Below are positions 57,962-64,000 of a stretch of DNA of 64,000 nt, piece after piece (position 1 is the stretch's first letter; each line of letters starts with the position of its first letter). Position numbers and translations under genes: made by a program. The stretch is from a virus. Its lineage: Duplodnaviria > Heunggongvirae > Uroviricota > Caudoviricetes. A model generated the notes under the pieces. It saw only the letters and a program-made list of their open reading frames with translations, did no database searches and was not told the DNA's origin. The DNA lies in the IMG/VR virus record IMGVR_UViG_3300033146_002139, positions 39,707-103,706 of that record. One strand, given 5' to 3'.

Positions 57962-59593
57962 CTAAAACTGAATTTTTTCCATTCTTATATGGTACGAGTT
58001 TTTTGTTTCTTTTTCTATGTAAAAATCAAACATCTCTCCATATTCTTTATATAATTTATTTATACTTATTTTGTCGTAGAGATGTATTACATTTATATCT
58101 TGTCTGTTTGCTTCATAGTTAGAATCAATAGTTCTTGTTAGAGAGTGTGCTACTATTCCATTTCGGGATACTGACATTTCTAAAGAATCTTTATCGTCAA
58201 TACATTCTTCAACTCTATATGTGTCATATTGCTTTGGAATGTTAAATCTTATAGTTTTAAATATATTTACTATATAGGCAAATATGTCCAATCCAACAAT
58301 TGGAAGACTGTTTAAAAAAAAGACCTCTCTATTGCCCATACAGTTCTCGAAAAAACATTCTTCAGAAAAGTAAGGGTCTATATTAAATATTTGAGATATA
58401 TTATTTCCTGCTCCTATATAATAAGAATTGTCAACTATCTCATGCTCTCTTATATATCTTTTTGGAGGATTGTAATTATTCCAACATCTGTCTGATACAA
58501 CCTTTAACATATCGACTATACTATTTGAAAATAAGAACCATCCTGCATTTTTAGAGTAATATGCTATATTTTGCTCTGTAAACTTGTCTTTAATTTCGCA
58601 CCCGGCAGGAATATACGAAACAAACTCTACATCCCAACTTTTGTCAAAATGATATGCGTTCCTTGGTCTGTGAGAGTGTACGGCATACTTACTTTTTGAT
58701 ACTGCCACTGGGTCGTATGAGGAAAGAATATTGTCTCTATTATGAAATTCTAAAAGTGTTTTTGCCCCATTACTTATCTTGTCAGAATGCAATCTAGCTA
58801 GTTTTTTGTTGTTCCCTCTTTTTGATATATATAGCCTGCCATCCGAGATAACAGAAGCACTTCCATGTCCTTCTTCATCAACAGCATATTTTACTAACTC
58901 CATAAATCCTAGAACTTTTGATATATCAAAGTTTCCATCAATAAAAAATTGCTTATATTCTGTCGTTACTGTAGGTTTTGACTCTATAGCTGTTATTATG
59001 TCGTTCACCATCTCAGACCTATTCTTGTGTTCGTAATATCCTGTTTTATGCACAACTACAACATCTTTTAGGTTGTCAGGATGATTCCATATTACGACAT
59101 CTGCTTTAGACTCTTTTTGCAAAGCGATAGCATCTAAATAAGACTTATCTGAACACTTGAATCCTATCAATGTCTTGTATGGTGCAACTTCTTTTATTTT
59201 GTTTATAATCCTAGGACACAATTCGAATTCTACTGTAAGTTTTTTATTGCTATAAGCCCTGCTATTTATCTTCCCTTTAAAGGGTCTTGATGGCATAAAG
59301 TTGGCAACTGCAGCACCAAGAATAATACCATTGTAAAACTTTGTATCTATTTGCGACTTCATCATATCGAGAACTTTTTCCTGATAATCCATTACATCAT
59401 CAACATCTACAAATTCATATCCGTTTGTGTCAATTTTATTGTATTTCCATTTAACAAGAGTGATGTCATATTCACTAGAAAGTTGATTTGCTAATGTAAT
59501 CATTGACTGTCCTGCAAATCTATTTGAAATGTATTTAACTATATCTAGTTTTGACGGTATAGAGCCAAGTGTTATTATTATATTCTTTTTCAT
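57962..59593 (-). CDS. CoaB/DFP-like ligase domain fused to class II aldolase-like and possible methyltransferase-like domains
   Basis: IIITLG...D.VKYISNRFAG, LGAAVANF and LIGFK are CoaB-like. GSAS...RLYISKRG...AVHSH is aldolase II-like. YIGAG...NIDP is the possible MTase motif. Confidence 0.65.
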   Translation of the reverse strand: MKKNIIITLGSIPSKLDIVKYISNRFAGQSMITLANQLSSEYDITLVKWKYNKIDTNGYEFVDVDDVMDYQEKVLDMMKSQIDTKFYNGIILGAAVANFMPSRPFKGKINSRAYSNKKLTVEFELCPRIINKIKEVAPYKTLIGFKCSDKSYLDAIALQKESKADVVIWNHPDNLKDVVVVHKTGYYEHKNRSEMVNDIITAIESKPTVTTEYKQFFIDGNFDISKVLGFMELVKYAVDEEGHGSASVISDGRLYISKRGNNKKLARLHSDKISNGAKTLLEFHNRDNILSSYDPVAVSKSKYAVHSHRPRNAYHFDKSWDVEFVSYIPAGCEIKDKFTEQNIAYYSKNAGWFLFSNSIVDMLKVVSDRCWNNYNPPKRYIREHEIVDNSYYIGAGNNISQIFNIDPYFSEECFFENCMGNREVFFLNSLPIVGLDIFAYIVNIFKTIRFNIPKQYDTYRVEECIDDKDSLEMSVSRNGIVAHSLTRTIDSNYEANRQDINVIHLYDKISINKLYKEYGEMFDFYIEKETKNSYHIRMEKIQF

Positions 59594-59784
59594 TCTATCT
59601 TCCTTTATAAATTAACACCTGCGTACACGCATCTTCAACCTCCATGGTTGACGGAATAAGCATTTAATTAGTTATGAATAGTTTTAGATATCGTATACTA
59701 TTGTTACTAATATTATCGCAACAGAAAGCTGGCTAATTAGACCCACGAGATTCCGTTTCATTTTCCCAAAGTGTTTTTATATTC

Positions 59785-60939
59785 CTATATTTCGTATATC
59801 TCTTCTAAATAGTTTAAGTAATTTTTGCTTTCCGACATTTTCTTCCCAGGAGTATCCGATATTTTAGCAACAGGAAATCCGTTGCATTTTGTCATTTTTA
59901 TCACAATTCTTGGAGGCTCTACGTTGTCACAATCGTTTGTTAAGTACGTTCCAATTCCTGCAGAAACCTGTATTTCTTGATGAAAATTCATATGCAATGC
60001 AATTGCTTTTGAAAAATTAAGACCATCGGAAAATACTATCGTTTTTGTTCTAGGGTCGATACTATTAGCTTCGTAATTTTCTATTATCATATCTCCGTAA
60101 ACAAAAGGGTCTCCAGAGTCATGTCTTACTCCATCAAATAATTTCATCATACCTAATCCAAACTCTTTTAAAAATACTTTAGAGCTAATGGTGTCTGTAA
60201 GTGCAATACCTAATTTCCCTTTGTATTCGTCATTCCAATTTTTAAGAGCTTTTGCTTGGTGTCCTTGCAATCCATATAATACTTGGTGAGCCATTATATA
60301 TTCGTGTGCCATCGTACCTATTGGTTTAATATCAAATTGTCTAGCCAGGTGAATATTGCTCGTTCCTGTGAAGTATTTTTTTGCTTTGCTCTTAAGGATT
60401 TCCGATATAAAATACTCTTGACTCTCAAAATTCAATCTCCTCCTAGTACCAAAATCTGCAAAAGAGAAATCTTCCGGAGCGGTATTTTCAAGATACTTGA
60501 TTTTATTGGCGGTGTTTATCTTGAAATTTTCCATGTCAACTTTTGGGAGACATAGTATCTCGCTTATTATAGCAAGGATAGGAACTTCAAATAGTATAGT
60601 TTGCAACCATGGCCCTTTAATCTTTAATTCTAGCACACCCTTTTTTCTTATAACGGAAACATATTTTCTTGGTTGTAGTCTGAAGATATTTAAAAAATCA
60701 ACAAAATCATCTTGCAAAAAATCTATTGATTTTAAGTAATCATATTCTCCGTAAGATAAAGATAATGTTTCTAGCTTGTTGATTTCTTCTTGTATTTTAT
60801 CTGCTTGTTCGTTTGTAACAAGATGTTTTCCTCTGTTTATAAACTTATACTCAACACTTGTAGTCGAGAATTGGTGAAAAACAATTTGCATTTGGGTTAT
60901 TTTGTAAAAATCATTATCTAGTAAGCTTTCAATCATCAT
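59785..60939 (-). CDS. pncB: Nicotinate phosphoribosyltransferase
   Basis: LLDNDFYKITQMQ, ADFGTRRR, GTMAHE, RHDSGDP, FSDGL, GIGT and KISDTPGK. Confidence 0.93.
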   Translation of the reverse strand: MMIESLLDNDFYKITQMQIVFHQFSTTSVEYKFINRGKHLVTNEQADKIQEEINKLETLSLSYGEYDYLKSIDFLQDDFVDFLNIFRLQPRKYVSVIRKKGVLELKIKGPWLQTILFEVPILAIISEILCLPKVDMENFKINTANKIKYLENTAPEDFSFADFGTRRRLNFESQEYFISEILKSKAKKYFTGTSNIHLARQFDIKPIGTMAHEYIMAHQVLYGLQGHQAKALKNWNDEYKGKLGIALTDTISSKVFLKEFGLGMMKLFDGVRHDSGDPFVYGDMIIENYEANSIDPRTKTIVFSDGLNFSKAIALHMNFHQEIQVSAGIGTYLTNDCDNVEPPRIVIKMTKCNGFPVAKISDTPGKKMSESKNYLNYLEEIYEI

Positions 60940-60957
60940 GATAACACCTATAATCCT

Positions 60958-61140
60958 TTATTTATGTTTTTGTATTATTGGGATTCCCGTTGAAAGCTCT
61001 CTGCATTCACGCACTAATCCTGCTTCTCTCAGTTGTTTCTTTATTTCTGCCAAGGCGTTTTTTTTGCTTTTAGCAAAGACACTTCCAAGCAACTCTGAAT
61101 CTCCGTTTTCATACTCTACTCCGACCATCCATTTTGTCAT
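60958..61140 (-). CDS. Small hypothetical protein
   Basis: 60-aa ORF between nadE and pncB. Confidence 0.55.
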   Translation of the reverse strand: MTKWMVGVEYENGDSELLGSVFAKSKKNALAEIKKQLREAGLVRECRELSTGIPIIQKHK

Positions 61141-61142
61141 GA

Positions 61143-61955
61143 CTAACCCCCAAATGATGTTAGCGAATATGGAACTAAGTGTTTAAATCTTACATTTTTA
61201 ATATGAGTTACAATCTTTCTTACATCTTCAGGGGATATTCCGGTTTCATCTTCAAAGTCAGCATATTCAAATTTGTCTAGCTGTATACTATGAATGTCTC
61301 CTGTGTAAAAATTCTTCAAAAAAACATCTATAACTTCGTATGAAAGTCCTAATTCTTCCTCGTCTGTTTGCCCATCCCATAATTCTGCCGTTGGAGGCCT
61401 ATTAAGGATAGCATCAGGGATGTTCAGTATTTTACCGACTTTCTGCACATCTGTTTTGTAAAGATGTATTATAGGTTCTAAGTCAGACATTTCGTCTCCA
61501 CCTCTAGTGAAATAGCCCATAATACTTTCTGTTTTATTCTCAGTTCCTAAAACTAGCCAATCATGCATCTTTGCCTCGTTGAATAGCATCATAGCTCTTC
61601 CTCTAGCGGCTATATTCCCAAGTGCTAATTTTTGAGTATCAGTATATGTGTCTAGTTTTGATAAATATTTACTGCCAATAGCACTTGCCAGCTTCATCAC
61701 ATCTATATATTCATTTGTAAATTTAGTTTTAAGGCTTTTTGTTAGCTCATGGCAACAGTCCTTTGACAATGTAGAAGAGGAGTCTGTCGGTAAATAGTAA
61801 AGATGAACCTTCTCTTTCCCAACTGCCTGTATTGCCAGAGAAGCTATAACAGCAGAATCAAGTCCACCTGATAAACCTAATACATATCCTTTTTGATTAG
61901 TCTTTGCTAATGTATTTCTTAAAAATGATTTTATGTTTTCAATTTGTTTTTGCAT
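61143..61955 (-). CDS. nadE: NH3-dependent NAD+ synthetase
   Basis: LGLSGGLDSAV, GNIAARGR, LVLGTENKTE..GYFTRGGD and PTAELWDGQTDEEELG; no glutaminase domain. Confidence 0.93.
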   Translation of the reverse strand: MQKQIENIKSFLRNTLAKTNQKGYVLGLSGGLDSAVIASLAIQAVGKEKVHLYYLPTDSSSTLSKDCCHELTKSLKTKFTNEYIDVMKLASAIGSKYLSKLDTYTDTQKLALGNIAARGRAMMLFNEAKMHDWLVLGTENKTESIMGYFTRGGDEMSDLEPIIHLYKTDVQKVGKILNIPDAILNRPPTAELWDGQTDEEELGLSYEVIDVFLKNFYTGDIHSIQLDKFEYADFEDETGISPEDVRKIVTHIKNVRFKHLVPYSLTSFGG

Positions 61956-61970
61956 TTTGCTTCCTTTTGT

Positions 61971-62645
61971 TTATATTTCAAAAAAACCGTCTGTTTTTGA
62001 GACAACAGATTTAGATTGTTCTATTACACTTTTTGATAAAACATTGAAAGATTTTCTTAAGTCAGAAGCAGAACTGCCGGCATTTAGAACATTTCTAAAC
62101 TCTAATAAGTCAGCTTCTCTTTTTGCTTCTCCACCACCAAATGCTATAAAAGCCGTTACAACTTCTTTTTCATTTAGTTTTTTAATAGCTTCTTTGGCAT
62201 CATGTAATCCTTTATTACTGACAGTATCGTCTCCATCGGAAAAAACTGAAAATACAGCTTTTACTCGCATTCCCTGAGATTTGAGGTGATTCATATATTC
62301 CGTAAGTTTTTCAGCACCTTCAGTCACTACATCATACAAGGCTGTCATTCCTGATGCGACAAAGTCATTGTTAAACTCTTCAATTTTTTTGTACCCTCCA
62401 ACTTTAATGTTGCTATCAAAGTTTGCTCTAGCTATCAATATCTCGTCCACTTCTTTAGAATCCGCAATAGCATCTTTAAAATCTGTTAGACTATTCTTCA
62501 TCATTGCTACATGGCTCGTCATAGAACCTGATTGGTCTATAGCCATAAAAACTAAGTTTATATTCTCAGTTTCTAGTTCGTCAATAGCTGTGTTAGTATT
62601 TTCCAATTCTTCAATTCCTACGATATCTAGTCCGTTTTCTTCCAT
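61971..62645 (-). CDS. vWA domain protein (TerY-like)
   Basis: MIDAS DQSGSM, GMTALYD and FSDGDD. The start is moved to MEENG (62645) because AAGGAG lies upstream. Confidence 0.85.
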   Translation of the reverse strand: MEENGLDIVGIEELENTNTAIDELETENINLVFMAIDQSGSMTSHVAMMKNSLTDFKDAIADSKEVDEILIARANFDSNIKVGGYKKIEEFNNDFVASGMTALYDVVTEGAEKLTEYMNHLKSQGMRVKAVFSVFSDGDDTVSNKGLHDAKEAIKKLNEKEVVTAFIAFGGGEAKREADLLEFRNVLNAGSSASDLRKSFNVLSKSVIEQSKSVVSKTDGFFEI

Positions 62646-62747
62646 TTTATTCTCCTTGATTTGTATAGGATATGTTCCCATTTCGTGTCTATTTATTCTA
62701 CATCCGCTGTCATAATGAATACTGCTTGGGTTTCCGTCTCTTTCCAT

Positions 62748-63722
62748 TTAAAACTCCATATTTTTCAATATGTGACTTATAACTTTAACTGTGAAGCCGT
62801 TTCCTAATAGCTGATATCTACGGGAAGTACTCATCATCCTTTTCCCAAATGGTACTAAAGTGTACTCATCAGGAACAGTCTGAAGTCTTTCTACTTCTAA
62901 TGGAGTAAGTTTTCTCCAAGTTTCTAAATCCTCAGATATTTTAGGTTCTTGATTCCCTCCTGAATTTGCGGTTACAGTTAGACCCTTTCCCTCTATAGAA
63001 TAAACTCTTTTTAATAAGTCATGTCCTTTTAAATCTGCTTCTCCTACCTGTATGCATCCTTGTACCGGAATTATAGTTGTCCCATTGTTTCCAGCTCCTT
63101 TGTACATTGTGGCAGTTGCAGTCAGCCCTTTCCTTTCTAAGCCTCTAAGATGCCTTTTATTTCTCACGGTCTTTAAGACCCGTTTTTCTCCTGCCATCCC
63201 ATCTTGGATAATATCTTTTAAGGTTAGACCCATATCTTCAGGTTGTTTTATATTGGGAATGTTTGTCCAATATAGCCTGCGGCGATTTTGGGCGGAAAGT
63301 TTCGCACTGTTGATTTCAATAGGTTGTACACCTAGAAACCTGCTTATTACATCCTGATATTCTTGCTTCATTTTTACATTTTCAAGTAAAAAATATTTTG
63401 GCTTTATTTCATTCAATAGTCTTACAAATTCAAAAAATAATCTACTTCTATCGTCTGCGAAATTAAGCTGTTTTCCTGCTATTGAAAATCCGGTGCAAGG
63501 AGAGCCGCCTATTAAAAGGTCTATGTCTTGAAACTTTTTACCATCAACTTTCTCTACATCACCAACTTGAAGTGTATTTGGAAACCTGTGTTCTGTTACA
63601 GCTAAAGCATACTTATCTATCTCACTAGCAATGTAAGTATCTACAGCTATATTAGCCTCTTTAAGTGCTAATTGAGCCATAGAGATGCCATCAAACAGTG
63701 ATACTACTCTTATCTTTTTAAT
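62748..63722 (-). CDS. C5 DNA cytosine methyltransferase (probable non-AUG start at 63722)
   Basis: Motif I SLFDG lies upstream of the first ATG. GGSPC, LLENV, RRRLYW, LTPLEVERLQ and GNG are also present. Confidence 0.88.
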   Translation of the reverse strand: MKKIRVVSLFDGISMAQLALKEANIAVDTYIASEIDKYALAVTEHRFPNTLQVGDVEKVDGKKFQDIDLLIGGSPCTGFSIAGKQLNFADDRSRLFFEFVRLLNEIKPKYFLLENVKMKQEYQDVISRFLGVQPIEINSAKLSAQNRRRLYWTNIPNIKQPEDMGLTLKDIIQDGMAGEKRVLKTVRNKRHLRGLERKGLTATATMYKGAGNNGTTIIPVQGCIQVGEADLKGHDLLKRVYSIEGKGLTVTANSGGNQEPKISEDLETWRKLTPLEVERLQTVPDEYTLVPFGKRMMSTSRRYQLLGNGFTVKVISHILKNMEF

Positions 63723-63731
63723 ATATCTTCC

Positions 63732-63995
63732 TTATTTAATTACTTTATATTTTAGCCATTCGGTTCTTGACATTTCTATACATTCGTTTTGTATGAACTC
63801 TGTTCTGTATTGTTTCGCATAATAGTTATAGGCATTTGCAGCAGCGTTTATATTGGTAAAAGTTCCAATATAAACTTGCTTGTTGTCTATATTTATCTGG
63901 GACTGCCAGTTGCCGGTTTTCTTTAGAAAACAAACCCCAATGTAAGAGCTCTTATTATTTTCTTTAAGCATGTAGTAATTATTTGTGGATTTCAA
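63732..63995 (-). CDS. AP2-domain protein (probably the C-terminus of an HNH-AP2 protein cut by the window edge)
   Basis: YIGVCF....NWQSQI....YIGTF.....AA.AYN. Confidence 0.75.
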   Translation of the reverse strand: MKSTNNYYMLKENNKSSYIGVCFLKKTGNWQSQINIDNKQVYIGTFTNINAAANAYNYYAKQYRTEFIQNECIEMSRTEWLKYKVIK

Positions 63996-64000
63996 TACCC

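Noticed and set aside
59594-59784. c-di-GMP-I riboswitch
   Set aside because: GGGTCTAA...AGCCAG is suggestive, but the P1 GNRA hairpin and GCAAA junction are missing.
1-64000. Stop-codon reassignment
   Set aside because: Conserved enzymes and structural genes are full length in code 11, TAG and TGA are used as real stops, and no suppressor tRNA is present.
1-64000. Integrated prophage with host flank
   Set aside because: No integrase, att-like junction or run of host housekeeping genes. The NAD genes are interspersed with small phage-type ORFs.

Overview
The whole 64 kb reads as part of a large, AT-rich, long-tailed (siphovirus-like) phage genome in the standard bacterial code. No integrase, portal, terminase or host housekeeping genes are visible. 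The + strand arm (1-39400) carries accessory virion and fibre genes, lysis-like membrane genes, a head module (decoration protein, major capsid, free-standing NUMOD4-HNH), tail completion and tube genes, a frameshifted tail chaperone, a 3068-aa tape measure and tail-tip or adhesin genes. The - strand arm (39387-64000) is a conflict and metabolism region. Its main feature is a Ro60 (TROVE/vWA) gene interrupted by a LAGLIDADG intein, next to an RNA cluster that mixes four real tRNAs with five Y-RNA-like genes in three topologies: one classical end-paired Y RNA, three tRNA scaffolds whose anticodon arm is replaced by a capped Ro60-type bulged helix, and one circularly permuted YrlA-type T-acceptor-D element. 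The same arm encodes a PncB/NadM-like/NadE/Nudix NAD set, a vWA-PP2C-kinase (TerY-P-like) triad, a CoaB-aldolase fusion and two DNA methyltransferases. All family names were recognised by eye from motifs and no database searches were run.
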